Below are positions 17,214-25,691 of a DNA stretch of 32,656 nt, piece after piece. The position numbers and the translations under genes are program-made. How positions within the stretch are numbered: the stretch's first letter is position 1; the number at the start of each line of letters is the position of its first letter. This DNA is from Candidatus Cloacimonadota bacterium (lineage in GTDB: Bacteria; Cloacimonadota; Cloacimonadia; Cloacimonadales; Cloacimonadaceae). The DNA lies in NCBI GenBank assembly GCA_036584515.1, contig JAZHDE010000036.1:1-32656 (forward strand), read 5' to 3'. The notes under the pieces are model-generated. The model was not told the DNA's origin and searched no databases. It was given only the letters and a program-made list of their open reading frames with translations.

Positions 17214-17242
17214 TTGACAGAACTTGCCTCCTGAAAATCCAT
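17214..17242 (+). promoter_or_regulatory. Promoter-like TTGACA-N6-GCCTCC-TGAAAAT upstream of tRNA-Pro(CGG)
   Basis: TTGACA 17214-17219 and GCCTCC 17226-17231. The tRNA starts at 17256. The -10 is ambiguous. Confidence 0.35.
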
Positions 17243-17255
17243 ACCCAAAGCCGGT

Positions 17256-17333
17256 CGGGATGTAGCGCAGTCCGGTTAGCGCGCTCGGTTCGGGACCGAG
17301 AAGTCGCTGGTTCGAATCCAGTCATCCCGACCA
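17256..17333 (+). tRNA. tRNA-Pro (anticodon CGG), CCA encoded
   Basis: Acceptor CGGGATG/CATCCCG, anticodon stem CTCGG/CCGAG with loop TTCGGGA, T arm GCTGG-TTCGAAT-CCAGT. Confidence 0.95.
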
Positions 17334-17402
17334 TTGGTCTTTTCCACCCCGGAAACCGCTCCGGAACGTAGTACAACTTATTAAAACTGGAACCATTTAA
17401 AG

Positions 17403-19175
17403 ATGAAGAACAGGGAATCAGGCAAAGCCAATCACAGCAGTAATTTCAAGCTCCTCTTGCCATATCTGCGGAAGGACATAGGACTGCTTTTGTTTGGACT
17501 TTTTGCCATGTTGGTGACCTCCGGTTTACGACTGATTGATCCTCTGATCTTGGCGCATATAATCGATAAGAGCATTCCCAATAATGATCTTACGGAGATG
17601 TATCGCTATGGCTTCTTCTTTGTGTTGGTGGTTATTTTCTCCGGACTTCTGTCTTACCTGCAGATTGTGCTGCTTTCGCGGCTGGGGATCAAGATTATTA
17701 CTCAGTTCAAGTCCACAGTTTTCAGGCATCTTCTCAAGCTTCCGGTGCCCTGGTTCAATCAACAGCCTGTGGGTGAACTGATAGCCAGAGTTGAGAGTGA
17801 CAGCGAGAGAGTGAAAGTCCTCTTCTCTGAACTATCCATTATGATTATCGGCAATCTGCTCTTTTTTGTGGGTGTCTTTGTAGTGCTTTTTATCCGGGAA
17901 CCCAATATAACTATTCTGATTGTTCCACCTGTGATCGTGGTGATAGTGGCCTATTGGTTCCTTATCCGTTATCTCTCAAAGTTCTACAAGAGAATACGTG
18001 AGCGTTATGCCGATGTTACTGCCAAGATTACTGACTACGTCCAGGGTATGCAGATCATTCAGGTGCTGAGTCAGGAGAAACGAATTCATAAAGAATTGGA
18101 GCAGGCTTCACGGGAGAAGAAGAATCTTGAGACGCGTACTTCCTTCCTGGAATATGGTTCTCAGGGTGTCTTCATGTTTATCTTCAATGTTCTTTTGATT
18201 GTTGGTATCATATGGATCTCTGCCCCCAAGATACTGATGGGTTTGGTGAGCCTTGGAACCCTGATCGTCTTTATTCAATACATGTACAGGATGATCTGGC
18301 CTCTTATGCACATATCAGAGAATGTAATGCAGATACAGAGGAGCTTCGTATCCCTGCGCAGGATTCTGGAGATGACTGAGCTGGAGACTGAAGACGAGCT
18401 CTTTACTGGAACTGCTGCTGTAAGCTTTGAACATGAGATAGAGTTTAAGGACGTCTGGTTTGCCTATCAGAACGAGGATTGGGTGCTGCGGGGTGTAAGC
18501 TTTAAGATTCCCAAAGGCAGTCAAATAGCATTAGTCGGCGCTTCAGGCAGTGGTAAAACCACATCCATAAGCTTGCTCTGCGGGTTCTATCGGATCCAGA
18601 AGGGATCTATCCTGATCGATGGAAGAGATATCAGTGAGCTGGACTTCCGTGCTTGGCGGGCAAAGATCGGTCTGATCCTGCAGGACATATTCCTCTTTCC
18701 TGGATCCATCCTGGAGAACGTCCGCGTCTATAACGATGAAGTAAGCTCCGCCGACGTGGAAAAAGCCATCAGTATAGTGCAGATGGATGAGTTTATCTCT
18801 GATCAGGATTTAGGCGTCAATGCAGAACTGGCGGAACGTGGACAGAACATCTCACAAGGAGAGAAGCAGCTTATCTCCTTTGCCCGAGCCTTGGCTTTTA
18901 AGCCTGAGATAATCGTCATGGACGAAGCCACTGCTTCCATAGACCCGCAGACAGAAGCCCGGATTCAACGCAGCATGAAGAAAGTGCTGAGTGGCAAGAC
19001 AGCTGTTATTGTGGCTCATAGGCTTACTTCCATTCTTGATGCAGACGAGATTCTCTTCTTCAAGGATGGAGAGATTATCGATAGAGGTAGACATCAGGAA
19101 CTGATGCAAAGCTCCAAGGAATACCATAAGCTGGTGGAACTCCAGATCCTGGCCGGAGAAGAAGAAAGTGAATAA
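17403..19175 (+). CDS. ABC exporter half-transporter (TMD-NBD), consensus-site subunit
   Basis: Six-helix TMD. Walker A GASGSGKTT, Walker B IIVMDEATA (catalytic Glu present), atypical signature ISQGEKQ. Confidence 0.9.
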   Translation: MKNRESGKANHSSNFKLLLPYLRKDIGLLLFGLFAMLVTSGLRLIDPLILAHIIDKSIPNNDLTEMYRYGFFFVLVVIFSGLLSYLQIVLLSRLGIKIITQFKSTVFRHLLKLPVPWFNQQPVGELIARVESDSERVKVLFSELSIMIIGNLLFFVGVFVVLFIREPNITILIVPPVIVVIVAYWFLIRYLSKFYKRIRERYADVTAKITDYVQGMQIIQVLSQEKRIHKELEQASREKKNLETRTSFLEYGSQGVFMFIFNVLLIVGIIWISAPKILMGLVSLGTLIVFIQYMYRMIWPLMHISENVMQIQRSFVSLRRILEMTELETEDELFTGTAAVSFEHEIEFKDVWFAYQNEDWVLRGVSFKIPKGSQIALVGASGSGKTTSISLLCGFYRIQKGSILIDGRDISELDFRAWRAKIGLILQDIFLFPGSILENVRVYNDEVSSADVEKAISIVQMDEFISDQDLGVNAELAERGQNISQGEKQLISFARALAFKPEIIVMDEATASIDPQTEARIQRSMKKVLSGKTAVIVAHRLTSILDADEILFFKDGEIIDRGRHQELMQSSKEYHKLVELQILAGEEESE

Positions 19176-20940
19176 GAACATCAAATGGATCTACAAGCAA
19201 TGGGTGGTGCAGAAATGGTTCGTGCTCATTATGATAGTATTCACTCTAGTTTCTTCAGGCATCTCGATAGCTTTCCCCATGGTCTTCAAACGCTTGATAG
19301 ACATGCTAAGAGCCCTTCCTGCTCCGGAGATATTGAAGCTTGATCCAAGCCAGTACAACGACGCCATGCGACAGATAAAGGACGTGCTTTGGATCTTCAT
19401 TGCAGTAGGATCAGCTCAGCTTATCACTGGCTTCTATCCTTCATTTAGGGCACTTGTAAACCTAAGATTCGAGCACAGCCTGCGCCTTTTTTACTTCAAG
19501 TACATCTGCAAGAAGGACTACCGCTTCTTTCAGAAGTACCGCACAGGTGACATTGTGACCAGGCTTACGGACGACCTCTCTGAGTTCCCGAAGATAAGTT
19601 GGTTCCTCTGTTCCGGTATCTTCAGGGCATTCAATTCCTTCAGCCTTATCCTGTTCAGCATGGCTGTAATGTTCAGCCTCAACTGGAAACTTACGCTCTT
19701 TTCCATTGCTCCGCTGCCTCTGATGATGATAGTCTTCTATGTCACTTCGGATAAGCTCTACAAGAACTTCGAGCGTAACCAGCAAGCCATCAGCAATATC
19801 AATTCCCAATTGGAGATGAGCTTCTCAGGGATCAGAATAGTTAAAGCCTTTGTTTCAGAAGAGAAGTATAACAGATTCTTCGATATAGCGTTGGCAAAAC
19901 GCTTCAAGACAGAGATGAGCGTCGTGAAGCTCAATGCTATCCTGCACCTTATCTACGAATATATTGACTACTTTGCTCAGATTGCAGTGATTCTCTTTGG
20001 TGGCTACATGGCTGTGAAAGGAGAGATCACTGTTGGTACGTTCTTCTTGTTTTACACTTACCTGAGCATGATGATCTATCCGCTCCTGGACCTGCCCCAG
20101 CTCTTTGTTTCAGGGAAGCAAGCCTTCGTGAATATCGATCGTCTGGAAGAAATGAAAGACTTTCCCACCTACAATCATGACAGCTCAGAAGGGCATGAGA
20201 TTAAGAGCTTTGAAAGCCTTAGTTTTGAAGAGGTTAGCTGTCGTTACTCCGAAAAGACAGAAGCTGTAATAAAAGAGTGCAGTTTTACCTTGAAGAGAGG
20301 GGAGAAGCTTCTGATTTTGGGAGCCACAGGAGCAGGAAAATCCACTCTTGCCCACATGATTGCCGGGCTTGTTCCACCCACCCAGGGAAGCATACTGGTG
20401 AACGGCAACAAAATTGAAAGTCTGAACATGGCAAGTTTCAGAGATTTACTGGGCTTTGTGCCTCAGGAACCAGTGCTGTTTGGCGGAACGATCAAGCATA
20501 ACATCCGTTTTGTGACCAAAGAGACTACGGAGGAAGACTATCAGAAAGCCGTTGGCACAGCCCAGCTTGCTTCAGAGATTAGGGATTTTCCGGATCAGGA
20601 TAACACCGTGGTAGGCTCCAGGGGACTGGGTGTTTCCGGTGGTCAGAAGCAGAGAATAACGGTTGCCAGAGCGCTAATCAAACAACCCGAGCTACTAATT
20701 CTGGATGATATCACTGCCTCTCTCGATGCAGAGAATGAAGAGAAACTATGGCAGGATATCAACAAGTTTTATCCCGGCATCTCTGCCATAGTTATCTCTC
20801 ACAGGCTATCCACTTTGCGTTATGTGGACAGCGTTTTATACATAGATTCAGAGGGTAAATGCCACAAGGGCAGTCATGAGGAACTGGTCTTCCAAAATCA
20901 GGATTACCACGACTTCCTGCATGAACATCTCAAGAAGTAA
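19168..20940 (+). CDS. ABC exporter half-transporter (TMD-NBD), degenerate-site subunit
   Basis: GTG start overlapping the upstream stop by 8 nt. Walker A GATGAGKST, signature VSGGQKQR, Walker B LLILDDITA (Asp replaces the catalytic Glu). Confidence 0.88.
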   Translation: MNKNIKWIYKQWVVQKWFVLIMIVFTLVSSGISIAFPMVFKRLIDMLRALPAPEILKLDPSQYNDAMRQIKDVLWIFIAVGSAQLITGFYPSFRALVNLRFEHSLRLFYFKYICKKDYRFFQKYRTGDIVTRLTDDLSEFPKISWFLCSGIFRAFNSFSLILFSMAVMFSLNWKLTLFSIAPLPLMMIVFYVTSDKLYKNFERNQQAISNINSQLEMSFSGIRIVKAFVSEEKYNRFFDIALAKRFKTEMSVVKLNAILHLIYEYIDYFAQIAVILFGGYMAVKGEITVGTFFLFYTYLSMMIYPLLDLPQLFVSGKQAFVNIDRLEEMKDFPTYNHDSSEGHEIKSFESLSFEEVSCRYSEKTEAVIKECSFTLKRGEKLLILGATGAGKSTLAHMIAGLVPPTQGSILVNGNKIESLNMASFRDLLGFVPQEPVLFGGTIKHNIRFVTKETTEEDYQKAVGTAQLASEIRDFPDQDNTVVGSRGLGVSGGQKQRITVARALIKQPELLILDDITASLDAENEEKLWQDINKFYPGISAIVISHRLSTLRYVDSVLYIDSEGKCHKGSHEELVFQNQDYHDFLHEHLKK

Positions 20941-22002
20941 TCAGCGACTGAGATCGACTTTATCATCCAAGCTTTGAACGAAAGCCGTCACCAAGTTCAC
21001 TGCATTATCCAGATCACTTAGTGAGATCAACTCATTAGGAGAGTGCATATAGCGATTTGGTATGGAAAGCACCATGGTTGCCACACCTTTCCGATTTGCA
21101 TGGATTGCATCGGCATCCGTTCCTGTTCTGCCACCGGCAATCTCGATCTGAAGCGGTATCTTATGTTTGGCTGCCAAATCTATCAAGAGCTGATTCAACT
21201 TCGGATGCACCATCGCTCCCAGGGTCAGAACTGGTCCTTTCCCCAAAGCCACATCTCCATAAACTCTCTTATCTGCACCAGGGATATCTGATGTGAAGGT
21301 AACGTCCACGGCAATGGCAATATCTGGTTCGACCTGATAAGCACTTGTCGAAGCACCTTTCATCGTGGTCTCTTCCCCAACTGAGGAAACAGCATAGTAG
21401 TTTGCCTTGTGTTTCTTCTTGGAGAGAGCTTCCATCACTGCAGCAGCGACATAGACACCGGCCTTGTTGTCTGTGGCTTTGGTCATGATTCTATCTTCAG
21501 AAAGCATCACAATTTCGTTGCTGAAGGTAATGATATCACCAATAGAGACCTTACTGAGCGCTTCTTCTTTATTGGCTGCACCAATGTCGATCCAGAGGTC
21601 TTCCAGCTTTAGCTTTGGACTATCGTCTCCTCCCCGGAGCATGTGCACAGGTTTCTTGCCGATCACACTCTTTATGATTCTACCATTATGATGGATATCG
21701 AGCCTGAGCCCGGGAAGCAGATTCACATCAAATCCACCCAGAGTCTTGACGTAAACATAACCGCTTTCATCGATGTAGTTCACAATCATCCCGATCTCAT
21801 CAGCATGACCCACTACCATCACTTTCAGCTTCCCGCTGCCTTTCTTGTGGGCAATGAGGTTGCCATTAGGATCCTGGATAATACTATCCGCATAGGGTGT
21901 TAGATAATTTTTAACAAGTTCCTGAGCCGGGCTTTCAAAGCCGGAAGGACTGGGAGTGGAAACAAGATCACGGAAGAAACTGAGATTCTTTTCTGTAATC
22001 AT
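20941..22002 (-). CDS. M42 family metallo-aminopeptidase (FrvX/glutamyl aminopeptidase-like)
   Basis: 353 aa. VVGHADEIGMIV, a typical M42 metal-ligand region, and GGRTGTDA. Confidence 0.85.
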   Translation of the reverse strand: MITEKNLSFFRDLVSTPSPSGFESPAQELVKNYLTPYADSIIQDPNGNLIAHKKGSGKLKVMVVGHADEIGMIVNYIDESGYVYVKTLGGFDVNLLPGLRLDIHHNGRIIKSVIGKKPVHMLRGGDDSPKLKLEDLWIDIGAANKEEALSKVSIGDIITFSNEIVMLSEDRIMTKATDNKAGVYVAAAVMEALSKKKHKANYYAVSSVGEETTMKGASTSAYQVEPDIAIAVDVTFTSDIPGADKRVYGDVALGKGPVLTLGAMVHPKLNQLLIDLAAKHKIPLQIEIAGGRTGTDADAIHANRKGVATMVLSIPNRYMHSPNELISLSDLDNAVNLVTAFVQSLDDKVDLSR

Positions 22003-22010
22003 GATGATTC

Positions 22011-22406
22011 CTAGCAGTTGTTGGCAGTTTCAGCAGCAAAGGGATTGATCTTCTTCTTTGGTACTGGCTGTTCATGAGGGATGATACAGAGGAATTTTAG
22101 AGTATCTTCACCAACGTTCTTAAAAGCGTGTTTCATGCCAGGATCCACATATATTATATCGTCCGTGCCAAAGGGCAGATCGCCTCTTTCGGTGAGCAGC
22201 ATTCCGGAGCCAGACAGGCAAAATATCTCATGCTCCCAGGGGTGTTCATGATAGGGTGTCTGGCCTTGGGGATCCACTTCAAAGAGTCTGAGAGCAAAAT
22301 TTGGAGCTCCGTCTTTCTGAGCAATGAGCCAGCGGATTTTTGCCCCCACCGCACCTTCGGCCTGAACGGGTTCAAGCTCGACGTCGTAGGCATTCATTAA
22401 TTTCAT
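22011..22406 (-). CDS. Cupin domain protein
   Basis: 131 aa. Cupin motif TPYHEHPWEHEIFCLSG...DPGMKHAF. Strong SD (AGGAGG) before the ATG. Confidence 0.8.
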   Translation of the reverse strand: MKLMNAYDVELEPVQAEGAVGAKIRWLIAQKDGAPNFALRLFEVDPQGQTPYHEHPWEHEIFCLSGSGMLLTERGDLPFGTDDIIYVDPGMKHAFKNVGEDTLKFLCIIPHEQPVPKKKINPFAAETANNC

Positions 22407-22441
22407 TAGAACCTCCTAATAAGGATTTGGATTTTACAGAT

Positions 22442-22469
22442 AATATAGGTGTCACGGCTGCTTTTGCAA
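22442..22469 (-). promoter_or_regulatory. Sigma70-like promoter of the cupin/M42 operon
   Basis: Minus strand: TTGCAA (22469-22464), 16-nt spacer, TATATT (22447-22442), about 41 nt before the ATG. Confidence 0.45.
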
Positions 22470-22575
22470 GGTTCGAGTCACGATGTTCACAGGTTGGACC
22501 TCGACTCCAGCCAGGTTGTCCCAATCACCGTTGAGACTGCATTAAAAACCGTAAGTGTCTAGGTATCATTCGAAT

Positions 22576-22692
22576 TGCTCCCCTATTTAGTGGATTATCT
22601 ATAACTTGCTATAGGATAAGAGTTTCCTTAGCTTTCACTAAAGAATCGCTAAGGGATCGCTAAGGAATTGCTAAAGGATTGAATTAGGGACA
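22576..22692 (-). repeat. Dispersed intergenic element, copy C
   Basis: On the plus strand, TCACTAA, TCGCTAA, TCGCTAA and TTGCTAA start at 22635, 22646, 22657 and 22668. Hairpin 22628-22641, GTTTCCTT 22622-22629, CTCCCC 22578-22583. Confidence 0.9.
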
Positions 22693-22766
22693 AACAGGCT
22701 CGAGATGTGGTGGAAGGGTGGGGAGCTGGAGTATGGGCTGTCCAATCTCTACCCAGAACCCAGTGA

Positions 22767-25640
22767 TCAGGAACCTGTTTTTTCTTCAGTCTTGTTGAGC
22801 AGTTCGGTCAAGCTTTGCAGCTCTTCCCGGACCAGCTTTTGGCCTTTCTCGTCGCCCAGATAGATCCGGAGTTCCAGAATCCTTTGGAAGCAGGTAATGG
22901 CCTCTGGGTAAACTTCTTTGTGCTTGGCGATATTACCCAGATTACCCAAAGCTTTGATCAGCTCCAGTTTATCGTTCATGGCCTCAGCCAGCTCAAGTTT
23001 CTTTTTGAGATAGGGTATGGCTTCTTCGTTTCTGGATTGTTTGATAAAAATGTAGCCCAGATTGCCCAAGGCGATGGATTCTTCCTTCATGAGGCGATTG
23101 GTCTGAGCGATGTTCAGGCTCTCAATCATGGCTTGTTCGGCTGCAGCATAATCACCTTCTTCCAGATTGATCAATCCCAAGTTGGAGAGTGCCTTGGCTT
23201 GTCTCTGAGCATCTGAGAGCTCTGCTGCCAGTTCCAGTCCGGTTCTTTGCAGCTCTTTGGCTTTGGCATTATCTTTGGTTTGGAAGTACCAATTTCCCAA
23301 GTTGCCGCTGGCAATGCAGAGTAAACGTTTATCGTTGAGCTCCACGGCTATTTCGTGTGAACTACTGAGTTCTTTGAAGGCAGCATCGATATCACCCTTG
23401 TAGAAGGCTGCAATCCCCAGAAAGCGATGTGCTTCAAAGGCAAGCTCGCGACAGTATGAAGAGACGCAAGTCTGAAGGATGGCTTCCACTTCGGGTATGG
23501 AATCCTTCCAGTTACCTGTCATCCACTGAATCTCAGCAATGCGGAATCTGGTTTCCAGCCGTCTTTGCATCTCGTTCGTTGGAAGGATTGCCAGTATCTG
23601 CCCATAGAGTTGCAGGGCTTGTTTATTGTTGTATATCTTACTGGCGTAATCTGCGGCTTTCTGCAGGTAGAAGAGGGCTTTATCACGCACATCTGCCTTG
23701 GAATAATGCTCTGCCAGAGTGAAGATAAACTCATCGATCCGATCAGCAAAGATTTCTTCGATGGCTTCACCGGTGAGCTGATGGAGCATCTTACGGTTTT
23801 CTACCAAGAGAGTTTGATATGCCACTTCGCGAGTAGTGATATGCTTGAAATAATAGCTTTGGAACTCGAAATCCAGCATTCTTAGAATGATGGCCTGATC
23901 CTCCAGTTCGGAGAGAGTGGCATCAATATCCAGTGGGTCACGTAGACGATTTTCTACTCGGCGGAGGATCTCCACAAAGAACTCGTTGCCTATCACCGCA
24001 GCCTTATAGAGTAGCATACGAAGCGGAACGGAAAGCTTATCCAATCTTGTAAGGATCAAGGTGTGGAGGTTGACCGGAACGGGGAAATCCTTGAGCTGGT
24101 CTTTGGGAAGTTCGTCGATGTAGTTACACCATTCCTCCAGGAAGAAGGGATTACCTTCGGAGAGACGGATCACAGTCTCAAGGTTCTCTGGGCTGAGGTT
24201 AAGTTCTCCGGTGAACTCTCTGATCAGGTCTTCAATGTGTTGACGTGATAGTGGCAAGAGACTGATTTCGTGGTGATCCACCAGCAGGCTGATGAAGGCA
24301 GGAACGGTGTAATCCGGCCTATGCATCAGAATGAGCAAGAGCTTGTTGAGGCGGGCATCACGAGAGATGGTGTTTAGCAAGTTTTCCAGCACCTTGGAGG
24401 ATGCTTCATCTATCCAGTGCAGATCATCCAAGATCAGAACCATAGTGTGATCGGGAGTGGACTTGAGCTTGATATATTCCACCATAAAGCTTTCTATGGA
24501 GCGGGACAGATGGCTCAGGAGGTCTGGCCCGGTCTGCTTCAGACGGTCGTCCTGATAGCGTATATCCAGAAGGTAGCCAACGAGGGGTCTAACGTCATCG
24601 AGAGCGTCTTTGTCCTTGTTTGGCGAGGAATCCAGGAGCTTGGCGTAGGCTTCTTCAAACTTCTTCAGCTTGGTCTGGTTAGGCTCATTTATACTTATTC
24701 TAAAGAGGTTTTCAAACATGCTGCTGAAGAGATTGAGGGGAGAGGGGATAACCGCGCTGCAAGCGCCGTGAAGCACGTTGATATCATCTGCGTGAGCGGA
24801 TTCAAATTCATAGATCAGCCTGGTCTTGCCTAAGCCAGCTTCGCCTTTGACGGAAACGCAGATGGCTCTCTCGCTATGCTCGGTTTGAGCTTTCTTTAGG
24901 AGGGATTCCAGCTTGGCTTGTTCCTCTTCTCTGCCTACATAACGGATCTTCTGGTTTCTTCTGTGCAGGGAAGCGTCCAGCTTGGGACCTTTTACGACCC
25001 AGGACTCTATGGGTTCGGAGAAGCCTTTGACCGTGACAGGACCCACATAGTCAAACTCGAAGATTCTCTCCACAAGCTTTTTGGTGGATTGTGGCATCAT
25101 GATCTCATTGACGGGGGCATTGGATTCCATGCGGGAGGCAAGATTGACTTCCGGGCCATAGACTGTAAATTCATCTCCTCTGTCCTGACCGATCTTGCCA
25201 ACGCTCACCAAACCGCTGTTGATACCTATCCGGAGCCCCAGGCTCAGGTTTTCAAAGCCAGGTTGGCGGGACAGCAGAGTGTTATAGAGCTGCAATTGCT
25301 GTTGCATCTTGATAGCAGCGTGGATGGAGCGTTCAGTATCCTGCTCGCTGGCTTTCTTGGCTCCAAAGAGAGCCATGATGCCATCACCCATATACTTATC
25401 CACCACACCGCCGTAGAAGACGATGCAGCGGGTAAAAATCTTCATGATTTCGTCCATCTTCTTGTGGATGGTTTCGGCATCAAAAAGGTTGGAGATGCTG
25501 CTGAAGCCCTTTATATCTGCAAACAAAACTGCGACTTCGCGAAGCTCTCCTTCGCGGAGCTCAAGTTTTTGAGCGCTCTGTTCTTCCTCCACATCCAGAG
25601 AAAAGAAATCTGCACCAAAGACAAAGTCATTATCAATCAT
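22767..25640 (-). CDS. Class III adenylate/guanylate cyclase - P-loop NTPase (STAND-like) - TPR multidomain protein
   Basis: 957 aa. Cyclase motifs FADIKGFS, KYMGDGIMALFG, YGPEVNLASRME. Walker A GEAGLGKT, Walker B LILDDLHWID. C-terminal TPR-like repeats. Confidence 0.88.
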   Translation of the reverse strand: MIDNDFVFGADFFSLDVEEEQSAQKLELREGELREVAVLFADIKGFSSISNLFDAETIHKKMDEIMKIFTRCIVFYGGVVDKYMGDGIMALFGAKKASEQDTERSIHAAIKMQQQLQLYNTLLSRQPGFENLSLGLRIGINSGLVSVGKIGQDRGDEFTVYGPEVNLASRMESNAPVNEIMMPQSTKKLVERIFEFDYVGPVTVKGFSEPIESWVVKGPKLDASLHRRNQKIRYVGREEEQAKLESLLKKAQTEHSERAICVSVKGEAGLGKTRLIYEFESAHADDINVLHGACSAVIPSPLNLFSSMFENLFRISINEPNQTKLKKFEEAYAKLLDSSPNKDKDALDDVRPLVGYLLDIRYQDDRLKQTGPDLLSHLSRSIESFMVEYIKLKSTPDHTMVLILDDLHWIDEASSKVLENLLNTISRDARLNKLLLILMHRPDYTVPAFISLLVDHHEISLLPLSRQHIEDLIREFTGELNLSPENLETVIRLSEGNPFFLEEWCNYIDELPKDQLKDFPVPVNLHTLILTRLDKLSVPLRMLLYKAAVIGNEFFVEILRRVENRLRDPLDIDATLSELEDQAIILRMLDFEFQSYYFKHITTREVAYQTLLVENRKMLHQLTGEAIEEIFADRIDEFIFTLAEHYSKADVRDKALFYLQKAADYASKIYNNKQALQLYGQILAILPTNEMQRRLETRFRIAEIQWMTGNWKDSIPEVEAILQTCVSSYCRELAFEAHRFLGIAAFYKGDIDAAFKELSSSHEIAVELNDKRLLCIASGNLGNWYFQTKDNAKAKELQRTGLELAAELSDAQRQAKALSNLGLINLEEGDYAAAEQAMIESLNIAQTNRLMKEESIALGNLGYIFIKQSRNEEAIPYLKKKLELAEAMNDKLELIKALGNLGNIAKHKEVYPEAITCFQRILELRIYLGDEKGQKLVREELQSLTELLNKTEEKTGS

Positions 25641-25691
25641 ACAGTACCAAGCAATCTTTACTTAGGGCTTGTGTCAAGCCTGAATTATGCT

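Noticed and set aside
16633-17376. Long antisense ORFs in the track, e.g. 16633-17376 (-), 24918-25781 (+), 6982-7521 (+), 31700-32029 (-) and 32199-32613 (-)
   Set aside because: Each lies opposite a CDS with clear family motifs, or runs across a tRNA. They have low-complexity or odd composition and no SD. I treat them as shadow ORFs.
22640-22690. CsrA/RsmA-sponge-like RNA, prompted by GGA motifs every 11 nt on the plus strand of copies C and D
   Set aside because: The GGA falls in the variable 4-nt spacer and is mostly lost in copies A and B (AAGAAT/AATGAA). The conserved core is TTAGCGA, not GGA.
22700-22740. G-quadruplex on the purine-rich complement of the element's pyrimidine tract
   Set aside because: Only copy C has three or more G3 runs. 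The other copies would need two-tetrad structures, and copy A lacks enough G runs. The feature is not conserved.
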